A stretch of DNA of 64,000 nt, taken from assembly GCA_045541875.1 (NCBI GenBank), contig JAZQJX010000099.1:2684-66683 (forward strand), in the 5' to 3' direction. The translations under genes and the position numbers were made by a program. Below are positions 26,878-36,785 of the stretch, piece after piece; positions within the stretch are counted from its first letter, which is position 1, and every line of letters begins with the position of its first letter. Under the pieces are notes generated by a model. It worked only from the letters and a program-made list of their open reading frames with translations. It ran no database searches and was not told the DNA's origin. The stretch is from Clostridia bacterium. GTDB lineage: Bacteria; Bacillota; Clostridia; UMGS1810.

Positions 26878-28245
26878 ATGATTGCTAAACTCGAACCGGA
26901 ATTTATGCCAATGGTAAAGGTGATAAATGATTTTAAAGCATCTGTTGCCAATGCAGATTCACAGAAAATTGTTATTTCCGTAGAAAGAAACAATGGTCTT
27001 ATGGCTGAATATAAACTTGATGTTTATAAAGATAACACAGGCCATGACGAAGAAAACTATGAAATTGTTGAAAGAATTGTTAAAACACTTCTTTGGGCAA
27101 AAGGTGGATATAAAGTTTATATTGCAGGTTCAAAAAATATATATGAACGTATTGCAAAGGATTATTGCATAGGCGGTGCAAGAGAGTTTGATTTTAACTT
27201 TATGGCACGCGTGTATGAGAAAGATTTTGAAGTTGTTTATGTTGATGATATAAAAGATGCTCCAAAGGAAAATGATGTTTCATCACCCGTTGGTCGTCAT
27301 CTTGACGGTTGCCGTATCGGTTTTGATGCAGGCGGAAGTGACAGAAAAGTTTCTGCTGTTGTAGATGGTGAAACTGTATATTCTGAAGAGGTTGTATGGT
27401 TCCCTAAACTTCAGAGCGATCCGAAGTATCATTATGAAGGAATTCTTAGTGCAATGAAAACAGCAGCATCTCATATGCCAAGAGTTGATGCTATCGGCGT
27501 TTCATCTGCCGGTGTATATATTGACAACAAAATAATGGTTGCATCGCTTTTCCTCAAGGTTTCAGATGAAGATTTTGAAAAACACGTTAAAAATATGTAT
27601 CTTGATGTGGCAAAAGAAATAGGTGACGTACCTGTAGAAGTTGCAAATGACGGTGACGTTACAGCACTTGCCGGCGCAATGAGCCTTGAAGATAATAACG
27701 TACTTGGTGTTGCTATGGGCACAAGTGAAGCAGCAGGCTATGTTGATAAAGACGGAAATATCACCGGATGGCTCAACGAACTTGCATTTGTTCCTGTTGA
27801 TTTCAACAAAGGCGCAATGGTTGATGAGTGGAGCGGTGATTATGGTTGTGGTGTTAAATATTTCTCACAGGATGCTGTAATCAAACTTGCACCAAAAGCA
27901 GGAATTGAACTTGATGAAAACCTTTCACCTGCAGAAAAACTTAAAGTAGTTCAGGGACTTATGGAAAATGATGATCAAAGAGCAGCAGATATCTATGATA
28001 CAATAGGAACATATTTCGGATATACAATTGCATATTATTCCATGTTCTATGACATCAAACATGTTCTTATCATGGGCAGAGTAACAAGCGGCAAAGGTGG
28101 CACAATCCTTCTTGCAAAAGCAAACGAAGTTCTCGAAACAGAATTCCCCGAACTTTATGCGAAAATTAAACTTCATATTCCTGATGAAAAAGCAAGAAGA
28201 GTAGGTCAGTCTGTAGCGGCTGCAAGCCTTCCTAAAATTGGTTGA
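26878..28245 (+). CDS. ROK/ASKHA-type sugar kinase-like protein with ~140-aa N-terminal extension
   Basis: AAAGGAG (26864-26870) is 7 nt from ATG 26878; the track start 26872 is only 1 nt from the RBS. GFDAGGSDRKVSAV, ANDGDVTALAG and GVAMGTSEAAGYV motifs. The canonical ROK CxCGxxGC zinc motif is not evident. Confidence 0.6.
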   Translation: MIAKLEPEFMPMVKVINDFKASVANADSQKIVISVERNNGLMAEYKLDVYKDNTGHDEENYEIVERIVKTLLWAKGGYKVYIAGSKNIYERIAKDYCIGGAREFDFNFMARVYEKDFEVVYVDDIKDAPKENDVSSPVGRHLDGCRIGFDAGGSDRKVSAVVDGETVYSEEVVWFPKLQSDPKYHYEGILSAMKTAASHMPRVDAIGVSSAGVYIDNKIMVASLFLKVSDEDFEKHVKNMYLDVAKEIGDVPVEVANDGDVTALAGAMSLEDNNVLGVAMGTSEAAGYVDKDGNITGWLNELAFVPVDFNKGAMVDEWSGDYGCGVKYFSQDAVIKLAPKAGIELDENLSPAEKLKVVQGLMENDDQRAADIYDTIGTYFGYTIAYYSMFYDIKHVLIMGRVTSGKGGTILLAKANEVLETEFPELYAKIKLHIPDEKARRVGQSVAAASLPKIG

Positions 28246-28272
28246 TAATTAAACCTTACTCTTTAATAATAT

Positions 28273-28304
28273 AAAAAAAGACTCCATATACGGAGTCTTT
28301 TTTC
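28273..28304. terminator. bidirectional intrinsic terminator
   Basis: AAAAAAAGACTCC-ATATAC-GGAGTCTTTTTT (stem at 28279-28298). Confidence 0.7.
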
Positions 28305-28329
28305 AATGTTTAAAAGTATTTAAGAATAA

Positions 28330-29691
28330 TTACTGTGCTGCATAAAATGCCTTATAAGCCTTGTATGCCATATAGACATCTGCTTTACTTGAGATTTCAT
28401 ATGGAGCATGCATTGAAAGGAGAGGAACTCCGCAGTCAATGGTGTCAACATCAAGGTTTGCAATATACTGTGCAACTGTTCCTCCGCCGCCCTGGTCAAC
28501 CTTTCCAAGTTCTGTCATCTGCCATGTGACATTTGCATCATTGAGGATTTTTCTCACCTTTGCAACAAACTCTGCACTTGCATCAGATGTTGAAGATTTT
28601 CCTCTTGCACCGGTAAATTTTGAAAATGCTACACCGCATCCGATGTATGCACTGTTAAGAGGTTCAGAAACACTTTTGTATGTCGGATCCATAGCACATG
28701 TAACATCAGAAGAAAGACACATTGAATTTGAAAATGCACATCTCAGCATATAATCATTATAATCCTTTTTCTGTTTTGTTAAAAGAAGTGCAACAAAATT
28801 TTCAAAGAATTTTGACTTCATTCCCGTATTTCCTACAGATCCGATTTCTTCTTTGTCTGCTAAAAAGCAAATGCTTGTTTTTTCAGGAACATCAACTTCT
28901 GCAATTGCTCTGTATGCAGTGAATGCACAAACTCTGTCATCCTGTCCATATCCTGCTATCATTGAAGAATCGAATCCAAGGCTTCTTGCATTGAAGTTTG
29001 GAACAAGTTCAAGTTCTGCGCTTATAAGGTCTTCTTCGTCAATTTGATATTTATCTTTTAATATATCAATAACAGTTTGTTTGTATTTATCTTTTTCGCA
29101 GTCTGAAGGAATGGATCCTGCCACAACATTTAAATCTTCGCCTGTAAACGCTTTTGCAAGGGATTTTTCCATCTGGTCTGATGCAAGGTGGGGGAGAAGG
29201 TCAGAAATTGTGAAAATCGGATCTGATTCTGCTTCACCGATGTTAACGTCAATAACTGTTCCGTCTTCCAAAACAACGACACCAATTAACGAAAGGGGAA
29301 TTGCACACCACTGATATTTCTTGATTCCGCCATAGTAATGAGTTTTTAACATTGCAAGATTTGAGTCTTCGTAAAGAGGAATCTGCTTAAGGTCAAGTCT
29401 TGGACTATCAATGTGTGCTGCCACAAGATTAAATCCTTTTTCAATATCATCTTTTCCAATTACTGCAAGAACAATGTTTTTTCCTCTGTTAATCTTATAC
29501 ACTTTCATTCCCGGTTTAAGAATATTTACGCTGTCAATATCCTTGAATCCGGCATTTTCTGCCAGACGGCGTGTGTAATTTACGCAAAGTCTTTCGGTTT
29601 TTGATTCATTAAGGTATTTGATATATCCATCGCAAAATCTGAATACAATTTTTTTGTCTTTTATGTTTTCCCACGCAATTTTATTTTCCAT
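28330..29691 (-). CDS. M18 family aminopeptidase
   Basis: AAHIDSPRLDLKQIP, GYGQDDRVC and SMHAPYE motifs; about 450 aa. Confidence 0.8.
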   Translation of the reverse strand: MENKIAWENIKDKKIVFRFCDGYIKYLNESKTERLCVNYTRRLAENAGFKDIDSVNILKPGMKVYKINRGKNIVLAVIGKDDIEKGFNLVAAHIDSPRLDLKQIPLYEDSNLAMLKTHYYGGIKKYQWCAIPLSLIGVVVLEDGTVIDVNIGEAESDPIFTISDLLPHLASDQMEKSLAKAFTGEDLNVVAGSIPSDCEKDKYKQTVIDILKDKYQIDEEDLISAELELVPNFNARSLGFDSSMIAGYGQDDRVCAFTAYRAIAEVDVPEKTSICFLADKEEIGSVGNTGMKSKFFENFVALLLTKQKKDYNDYMLRCAFSNSMCLSSDVTCAMDPTYKSVSEPLNSAYIGCGVAFSKFTGARGKSSTSDASAEFVAKVRKILNDANVTWQMTELGKVDQGGGGTVAQYIANLDVDTIDCGVPLLSMHAPYEISSKADVYMAYKAYKAFYAAQ

Positions 29692-29851
29692 AATGTATTA
29701 CATTCCTTTCTGAATAAAAATCACAACCATATTTAATATATTTTAATACAAAATGAGAAAAATTACAAGTATCTCTTGAATTTATTCTGTTTTTAATATA
29801 TTATATTCAGGTAAGATATATATTTATTTTAAACATTAAGGAGAAAGTTAG

Positions 29852-30658
29852 ATGATAAATAGAATAATTCATCTAAGGGATGATGATCCTGAAATTTTTC
29901 TTGAAACATTTATCCCTGATTCACTCAAACGTACAAAAAAAGCCATACTGGTAATTCCCGGAGGCGGATATGGAGGGATTTGTGATGACAGAGAGGGTGA
30001 GCCCATTGCTCTTGCATTTTTGGCACAAGGGTTTGCAGCCTTTGTACTTCATTACACAACAGGCAGAAAAAGGCCATATCCTGCGCAACTCATAGAAGCA
30101 TCCCTGGCTATGAAACATATAAAAGACAATAGTGAAGAATATGGAATAGATCCTGAAAATATTTTTGTTACAGGATTTTCTGCCGGCGGACATTTGTCTG
30201 CGTGCCTTGGTACAATGTGGCATAGGGAAGAAATATATGAAAGCATTGATATGCCCTTTGGTTACAATAAACCCAAAGGAATTGTACTTTGTTATCCTGT
30301 GATATCAGCAGATGAAAGAATCCGTAATTTCGGAAGTTTTCAAAATCTTTTGTGTGACGATAATCCGGATAAAAAACTTCTTGATTATGTCAGTGTTGAA
30401 AAATGGGTTGATGATAAAAGTGTTCCCTGTTTTATTATGCACACATCAAATGATCAGATGGTAAATGTGGGAAATGCACTTGTCATGGCAAATGCATATG
30501 CAAAAAAAGGAATGACCTTTGAACTTCACATCTATCCCGACGCACCTCACGGTGTTGCGCTTGGAAATGAAGTAACGGAATGTGGCAACAAAAAATGGAA
30601 GAACGACTCGATTGCAAAATGGGTTGAAAATGCTGTGTTCTGGATTGATAATATATAA
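29852..30658 (+). CDS. alpha/beta hydrolase (esterase)
   Basis: VIPGGGYG oxyanion region, nucleophile elbow GFSAGGH, C-terminal HG; 268 aa. Confidence 0.75.
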   Translation: MINRIIHLRDDDPEIFLETFIPDSLKRTKKAILVIPGGGYGGICDDREGEPIALAFLAQGFAAFVLHYTTGRKRPYPAQLIEASLAMKHIKDNSEEYGIDPENIFVTGFSAGGHLSACLGTMWHREEIYESIDMPFGYNKPKGIVLCYPVISADERIRNFGSFQNLLCDDNPDKKLLDYVSVEKWVDDKSVPCFIMHTSNDQMVNVGNALVMANAYAKKGMTFELHIYPDAPHGVALGNEVTECGNKKWKNDSIAKWVENAVFWIDNI

Positions 30659-30679
30659 ATGTGAGAAGGAAAATCAATT

Positions 30680-31996
30680 ATGAAAAAAGGTAATATTTGG
30701 GCGCTTTTGCCTATCGGAGTATTTTTGGTCTTATATCTTGGACTCGGAATAACATTTGAATACATACTTTCCGTGCCAATGGGTTTTTATAATATACCCA
30801 TAGTTGTTGCTTTTATGGTTGCTCTTTTGGTGGCATGTCTTCAGAACAAAAAGTTAAAGTTTGATGAAAAACTTTCTGTTATGGGTGAAGGAATAGGGGA
30901 TAAAAACATTGTAACAATGATTCTCATATTTTTGACTGCAGGTGTTTTCGTTGGTGTTGTCGGAAGATCAAGTGCAGAAAGTGTTGCATACTTTATGCTT
31001 TCTGTAATTCCGCCAAGATATGCAGTTGCGGTGCTCTTTATTGTCGGATGTTTTGTTTCTGTTGCCATGGGAACATCTGTCGGAACAATAACTTTGATAA
31101 CGCCTATCGCTGTAGCAGTTTCCAAGGCATCGGGATTTGATATGGCTCTTTGTGTGGCATCGGTTATAGGCGGTGCAATGTTTGGTGATAATCTTTCCTT
31201 CATTTCTGATACAACCATAGCGGCGTGCAACGGACAGGGATGTGAAATGAAAGATAAATTCAAAGAGAATTTTCTTATAGCACTTCCTGCGGCAATTGTA
31301 ACTGTTGTTGTGATTGTAGCGATGTCATTTGGAACAGAAATCACCAGTGAAATAAAAGAAGAATATAATCTCATACAGATAATTCCCTACATACTTGTTC
31401 TCATTGGCGGCATTTTCGGCATAAACGTTTTTGTCGTACTTCTCATAGGCATAGTGTCAGGTTCTTTAATACAGATTTTGACAAATTCTGTTAGTGCCAT
31501 AGACTTAATTTCAAATATGGGAACAGGTGCAAGTGGAATGTTTGAGACGATAGTTGTAACCCTTCTTGTGTCTGCAATATGCGCACTTGTAAGGCGTTTC
31601 GGCGGATTTGATGCTCTTTTGTATGGCATTAAAAAGGTTTTCAAAGGAAAAAGGGGCGGTCAGATAGGTATGGGTGCCTTAGTAGGAGTTATGGACATTG
31701 CAACTGCAAATAACACAGTTGCAATTGTTATGGCAAACCCCATTGCAAAAGAGATTGCATCAGACTATGGAATTTCCTCTAAAAAGGCTGCATCAATTCT
31801 TGATACATTTTCATGCTTTTTCCAGGGCGTGATTCCCTATGGTGCACAGATGCTCGTTGCAATTTCAGCGGTAACAGGTCTTGGCGGTGAAATTTCTGCT
31901 CTTGAAATTATTCCCAAACTGTTTTATCCATACCTTTTAGTACTTAGTGCAATTATCTTTATTATCTTTACACCATCCAAAGAAAAGAATAACTGA
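30680..31996 (+). CDS. NhaC-family Na+/H+ antiporter-like membrane transporter
   Basis: Polytopic membrane protein of about 440 aa. The N-terminal WALLPIGVFLVLYLGLG pattern resembles the NhaC family. Family assignment is from memory only. Confidence 0.6.
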   Translation: MKKGNIWALLPIGVFLVLYLGLGITFEYILSVPMGFYNIPIVVAFMVALLVACLQNKKLKFDEKLSVMGEGIGDKNIVTMILIFLTAGVFVGVVGRSSAESVAYFMLSVIPPRYAVAVLFIVGCFVSVAMGTSVGTITLITPIAVAVSKASGFDMALCVASVIGGAMFGDNLSFISDTTIAACNGQGCEMKDKFKENFLIALPAAIVTVVVIVAMSFGTEITSEIKEEYNLIQIIPYILVLIGGIFGINVFVVLLIGIVSGSLIQILTNSVSAIDLISNMGTGASGMFETIVVTLLVSAICALVRRFGGFDALLYGIKKVFKGKRGGQIGMGALVGVMDIATANNTVAIVMANPIAKEIASDYGISSKKAASILDTFSCFFQGVIPYGAQMLVAISAVTGLGGEISALEIIPKLFYPYLLVLSAIIFIIFTPSKEKNN

Positions 31997-32011
31997 TTTA
32001 GGAGAGTAAAA

Positions 32012-32956
32012 ATGGAAAGTTTAAAATTATCAACAGAAGCGATTCTGCCAATATTTTTAATGATGCTCATAGGCTACGTCATAAAGTGTTTTAAAATGGC
32101 GGACAAAAAAAGCATGGATGTCCTGAATCGAATCGTGTTCAAGATATTTTTGCCTGTTCTTTTGTTTGATAATATTTACAATACAAATACCGGAAACTTT
32201 TTTGACTGGAAACTCATAGTATTCACAACCGTGGGAGTTCTTGCAGTATTTGTCGTGGGCTATTTTGCTGTTATTCATCTTACAGACAGAGATTCATCAA
32301 GAGGGGTAATACTTCAGGGATTTTTCCGCGGAAACTTTGCAATTCTCGGACTTCCTATAGTAAATTATATCTGCGGTGAAAATTCAGGTGCAACAGCGGC
32401 ACTTATGGTTGCATATGTGATACCCGTATTCAATGTCCTTGCAGTAATTGCACTTGAAAGATTCAGGGACGGAAGTGAAAAAACAAGTTTTTTGAAAGTT
32501 TTAAAGGGTATTGTGCTCAATCCGCTTATTATAGGGTGCATAATCGGAACGGTATTTTTCGCATTTGGAATAAAACTTCCCAAAGTCATAGAAAAACCCA
32601 TAGGTGATATTGCCTCTGCCGCAACACCTCTTGCCATAATCGGACTTGGTTTTGATTTTGATTTCTCTCTTCTTAAAGGTTATGCAAGAGAGAACTTAAT
32701 TGTAACCCTCGGAAGACTTGTAATAATTCCGCTTGTTATGATGCCCCTTGCAGTATATTTTGGCTTTTCCGGCGAGGCTCTTGCGTGTTTGCTTGTTGTT
32801 TTTGGTTCGCCTGTGGCTGTTTCATCTTTTGCAATGTCTCAGCAAATGGGTGGAGATGAAAAACTTTGTGCTCAGATTATTGTGCTTACATCTGCACTTT
32901 GCCTTCTGACACTTTTTGTGTGGATATATGTGCTAAGTTCTCTTGGACTTTTTTAA
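32012..32956 (+). CDS. AEC (auxin efflux carrier) family transporter
   Basis: ILPIFLMMLIGYVIK...LNRIVFKIFLPVLLF N-terminus typical of AEC permeases; about 10 TM segments. Confidence 0.75.
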   Translation: MESLKLSTEAILPIFLMMLIGYVIKCFKMADKKSMDVLNRIVFKIFLPVLLFDNIYNTNTGNFFDWKLIVFTTVGVLAVFVVGYFAVIHLTDRDSSRGVILQGFFRGNFAILGLPIVNYICGENSGATAALMVAYVIPVFNVLAVIALERFRDGSEKTSFLKVLKGIVLNPLIIGCIIGTVFFAFGIKLPKVIEKPIGDIASAATPLAIIGLGFDFDFSLLKGYARENLIVTLGRLVIIPLVMMPLAVYFGFSGEALACLLVVFGSPVAVSSFAMSQQMGGDEKLCAQIIVLTSALCLLTLFVWIYVLSSLGLF

Positions 32957-32986
32957 AACGCCAAAATGATTGGAGAAAATTGACGT

Positions 32987-33718
32987 ATGAAAGAGAAAAT
33001 ATATACCATACCCATCAATGAAGCCTTTGAAAGTGAAAGTTTTTGTCCTTTTTGTTCAATTCTTTCAAATCTTGAAAAAGAAGCAATCACCTATACTGTC
33101 GGCCCCGCAATGATGGAACCTGATTTCAGAATAATTACAAATGAAAAAGGTTTTTGCAAAAAGCATATGAGAGAACTTTGTTCAAAAAGCAAAGCCCTGC
33201 CTCTGTCTCTTGTTTTCAAAACCCATCTTGATTCAGTATCTGATATCTTTGAAAATGTGTGTAATGAAGATGCAAAGAAACGTCAAAAAATAAAAGGCAG
33301 AGAAAAGTTTACTCAGGATATGAAAAAGCTTAAAAATTCATGTGCTGTCTGTGATAGGGTTAATCATACATTTGAACGCTACATTGAAACATTTGTATAT
33401 ATGCTGAAAAAAGAAGATGGATTCTTGGAAAAAGTTTTAAAAAGTGACGGGTTCTGCATAGAGCATTTTTCCATGATTGCATCTTTTGCAAGAGATAATA
33501 TGTCCGAGTCGGAATATGAAAAACTATTTATCCCGCTGATAAATTTACAAAGAGAGCGAATTGATAAGTACAGAAAATACATAAAGAATTTTTCCGAAAG
33601 TTTTGATTATCGCAACATTGGAAAAGAAATTGATGCACCCAAAGATGTACTTTTGAAAGCGGGATTTTTGCAAAATGGAGTTTTTACACCAAAAGCCAAA
33701 GACCTTGAAGATATATAA
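32987..33718 (+). CDS. uncharacterised cytoplasmic protein (DUF6062-like) with duplicated CxxC...GFCxxH module
   Basis: C20PFC23...GFC57KKH60 and C119AVC122...GFC157IEH160. GGAG RBS. Confidence 0.55.
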   Translation: MKEKIYTIPINEAFESESFCPFCSILSNLEKEAITYTVGPAMMEPDFRIITNEKGFCKKHMRELCSKSKALPLSLVFKTHLDSVSDIFENVCNEDAKKRQKIKGREKFTQDMKKLKNSCAVCDRVNHTFERYIETFVYMLKKEDGFLEKVLKSDGFCIEHFSMIASFARDNMSESEYEKLFIPLINLQRERIDKYRKYIKNFSESFDYRNIGKEIDAPKDVLLKAGFLQNGVFTPKAKDLEDI

Positions 33719-33732
33719 CAGGAGAGATTATT

Positions 33733-34617
33733 GTGGATTTTAAAAAAGAATTAAACCTTCGCACTGAAGAAATAAACAAGATTTTAGATGAGTATATGCC
33801 AAAGACTGACGGAAAGCAGAAAACTGTCATTGATGCAATGAACTATAGCATAAGTGCAGGCGGAAAACGTCTTCGCCCAATGCTTATGTATGAAACATAT
33901 AAACTTTTTGGCGGAGAGGGTGATGTTATAAAACCCTTTATGGCAGCAATGGAAATGATTCATACATATTCGCTTGTTCACGATGACCTTCCTGCAATGG
34001 ATAATGATGAATACAGACGCGGAAAAAAAACAACCCACGCAGTATATGGAGAAACTATGGGGATTTTAGCAGGGGATGCACTTTTGAATTACGCATTTGA
34101 AACTGCCGCATCTTCGTTTGACATACTTTTTGAACCAAAAGTTGCAAAGGCACTGAAAATTCTTTCTGAAAAAGCAGGAATATACGGAATGATTGGTGGT
34201 CAGGTTGTAGACATAGAATCTGAAGGAAAAAAAGTAGATATAGACACTGTTGAATTTATTCACACCTTAAAATGCGGAGCACTCATTGAAGCATCCATGC
34301 AAATAGGAGCTATACTTGCAGGGGTTGATGCTGATGCCGAGAAAAAAATTGCATCAGCAGGAGCGGATATCGGTTTTGCATTCCAGATTCAGGATGACAT
34401 TTTGGATGTTACAAGCACAACCGAAATTCTCGGAAAACCCGTCGGAAGTGATGACAAAAATGAAAAGTCAACGTACGTATCTCTCAAAGGAATTGATAAA
34501 GCGAAAGAAGATGTGAAGATACTTTCCGAAAGAGCAATCAATACCATATCTTCATTTGATAACAGAAATGAATTTTTGGAAGAACTTGTAAAAATGCTTA
34601 TAAAAAGAGAAAAATAA
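33733..34617 (+). CDS. short-chain polyprenyl (farnesyl/geranylgeranyl) diphosphate synthase
   Basis: First and second aspartate-rich motifs LVHDDLPAMDNDEYRRG and FQIQDDILD. GTG start follows AGGAGAG. Confidence 0.9.
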   Translation: MDFKKELNLRTEEINKILDEYMPKTDGKQKTVIDAMNYSISAGGKRLRPMLMYETYKLFGGEGDVIKPFMAAMEMIHTYSLVHDDLPAMDNDEYRRGKKTTHAVYGETMGILAGDALLNYAFETAASSFDILFEPKVAKALKILSEKAGIYGMIGGQVVDIESEGKKVDIDTVEFIHTLKCGALIEASMQIGAILAGVDADAEKKIASAGADIGFAFQIQDDILDVTSTTEILGKPVGSDDKNEKSTYVSLKGIDKAKEDVKILSERAINTISSFDNRNEFLEELVKMLIKREK

Positions 34618-34657
34618 AACTGAATATATTATAGGTCAATCAAAGGGGTATTTTAAT

Positions 34658-36349
34658 ATGAAAAGGTATTACGGTGTTGACTTTGAGTTTCAAAGAGAAA
34701 AATTATTAAACAGTGAAAAGGCACGTTTTATGATTGATGATGTAATAAACGGTGCAGATGAAGTTCTTGAAAAAGAATATCCCGCGCTGAAAATTAGTGA
34801 TTATATGCTTTTTCAGAAAAACGGTAACAGAGTGGTGTTTCAAAGAAAGTACTTTGAGCGTCGTAATGACTGTGCGCGCATTTCCTATGCATACTGGCTC
34901 ACACGGGATGATAGATATTTTGATAAACTGATTGACTTGATATTTATGATATGCGATGAATATTCCTGGTGCGTTCCTGCCCACACAGAACTCAGCGTGA
35001 GTAATCCTTCTGTTGAGATGATAATTGAAACTGTGGATTTGTTTTCTGCAGAAACAGCAAGACTTTTAACCGATATTACAGCATCAATTGGAGAATGTCT
35101 GCCATCATATGTGTTGGAAAGAGTAGAATATGAACTCAGACGAAGAATTTTTATTCCGACGATAAAACACAGGTTCTATTGGTTTGATGTAAAAAACAAC
35201 TGGGCATCTGTATGTGCAGGTAGTGTTGGAGTAGCATTGTTGCATTTTGGCACGGATGATGAAAAAGAAAAGATTCTGCCAATAATCTATAATTGTATGG
35301 AAAACTTTCTGAATGGATACGGAAAAGACGGATGTTGTACAGAAGGAATGTCATACTGGAATTATGGTTTTGGATATTTTGTGATTTTTGCAAAAGCAAT
35401 CCTTGACTATACAGATGGTAGAGTTAATTATTTTGAAAGAGATCTTGTAAAGAAAATCGCCCATTTTCCTCAAAATGTTAGAATGGGTAGTGAAAAAGTT
35501 GTCTGTTTTTCGGATGCTGTCCATAATTTCACTTTCAGTCCCGGACTTATGAGTTATCTTAAATCTGTATATGATGATGTTATATTGCCTGATCTTTCAT
35601 TTGCAGTTTTACAGGGTAATGTGTATTCTATAAAAGAACTTTTGTGGTTTGACTGTGACTATACAGAAGATGAACAAAAAGATTGTGTAACATATTATGA
35701 AGACGCAAAATGGTACATAAATCAGGGTGAAAGGTTCTCCTTTGCCGCAAAAGGAGGTCACAACAATGAATTTCACAATCATAATGATATCGGAAGTTTT
35801 ATGATAGTGAAAAAGGATAATAAAATTCCACTGGATGACCTTGGAAGAGGAGTGTATAATAAATTCACATTTATGGCTGAACACAGATATGAGATGCTTG
35901 TGAATTCTTCACGCGGGCATTCAGTTCCGATAATAAACGGACAGTATCAGCGTGAAGGAGAAGAGTTCTTTGCCGACAACGTCTCGCATAGTGACAGCCA
36001 TTTTGAACTTGATATTGAAAATGCATATGAAAAAGGACTCGTCAAAAAAATTCACAGAAGATTTGACATTGGTGATGATTTTGTGAAGTTTTCAGACACA
36101 TTCACATATTCAGATAAAACCGAATCAATTATTGAAAGAATGATAAGTCAGATAAAGCCAGAAGTGTCCGATGGATGTGTTATGATAGATGAAACAAAGA
36201 TTTTGTTTGACTCTGAAAGATACACCGTGTCAATAGGTTTTGAGGATTACAGAAACATAGGCGATAACGGAGAGGAAAGAGCATATCTTATTGATTTTGT
36301 ACCTGTAGATAAAAAAGAAACGAAGTTTGTTTTTGAGATAAAAATATGA
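34658..36349 (+). CDS. cytoplasmic heparinase II/III-like protein
   Basis: No signal peptide. HNNEFHNHNDIGSFMIV and SSRGHSVPIING motifs typical of the Hepar_II_III C-domain. Confidence 0.7.
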   Translation: MKRYYGVDFEFQREKLLNSEKARFMIDDVINGADEVLEKEYPALKISDYMLFQKNGNRVVFQRKYFERRNDCARISYAYWLTRDDRYFDKLIDLIFMICDEYSWCVPAHTELSVSNPSVEMIIETVDLFSAETARLLTDITASIGECLPSYVLERVEYELRRRIFIPTIKHRFYWFDVKNNWASVCAGSVGVALLHFGTDDEKEKILPIIYNCMENFLNGYGKDGCCTEGMSYWNYGFGYFVIFAKAILDYTDGRVNYFERDLVKKIAHFPQNVRMGSEKVVCFSDAVHNFTFSPGLMSYLKSVYDDVILPDLSFAVLQGNVYSIKELLWFDCDYTEDEQKDCVTYYEDAKWYINQGERFSFAAKGGHNNEFHNHNDIGSFMIVKKDNKIPLDDLGRGVYNKFTFMAEHRYEMLVNSSRGHSVPIINGQYQREGEEFFADNVSHSDSHFELDIENAYEKGLVKKIHRRFDIGDDFVKFSDTFTYSDKTESIIERMISQIKPEVSDGCVMIDETKILFDSERYTVSIGFEDYRNIGDNGEERAYLIDFVPVDKKETKFVFEIKI

Positions 36350-36354
36350 ATAAT

Positions 36355-36397
36355 AAAAGGATGCAAAATGCAGATGAACTGTATTTTGCATCCTTTT
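36355..36397. terminator. bidirectional intrinsic terminator
   Basis: GGATGCAAAAT (36359-36369) pairs with ATTTTGCATCC (36383-36393), flanked by AAA and TTTT. Confidence 0.65.
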
Positions 36398-36407
36398 GCA
36401 GTTTATG

Positions 36408-36617
36408 TTAAAGTTCAAAATCCTCTTTCCTGAACTTATCAAACAACATTTTTTTCTTGGGTTTGTATTTATATATATCATATTTGAATTTTTTGCAAGT
36501 GTCATCTTTTTCGGTTTCTTCATTCTTTATCATACACATAAAAACATCATTTTCTGTATCATGATGTCCGTATTGACATAATCTGCAATTGCCGTCTTTG
36601 TTTCCTTTAATGTACAT
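36408..36617 (-). CDS. small Cys-containing hypothetical protein (69 aa)
   Basis: The ATG at 36617 follows AGAGGTGAAAAAA on the minus strand; the track ORF extends to 36665 without an RBS. CRLC...C...C pattern and a lysine-rich tail. Confidence 0.4.
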   Translation of the reverse strand: MYIKGNKDGNCRLCQYGHHDTENDVFMCMIKNEETEKDDTCKKFKYDIYKYKPKKKMLFDKFRKEDFEL

Positions 36618-36785
36618 TTTTTTCACCTCTTTTGAAATTTTATCACGATTTATATAAAAAGTCAAAACAATTAGTTATAAAATTGTGTAAAAAACAGTTG
36701 TAATTTTTTGAAAAAGAATATATAATAATATATGTATGTCATTATGGGTAAAATTGTGTCTGAATGACAGATTGGAGATTAGCAT

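Noticed and set aside
30841-31374. A 177-aa minus-strand ORF opposite the NhaC-like transporter; similar cases lie at 49785-50234 and 59017-59475.
   Set aside because: These are antisense shadows of membrane-protein genes, with no start context. The plus-strand ORFs are full-length polytopic transporters.
36618-36785. A T-box or other riboswitch upstream of cysE.
   Set aside because: The region is too short (~170 nt), has no conserved T-box sequence or terminator/antiterminator pair, and is mostly A/T promoter-like sequence.
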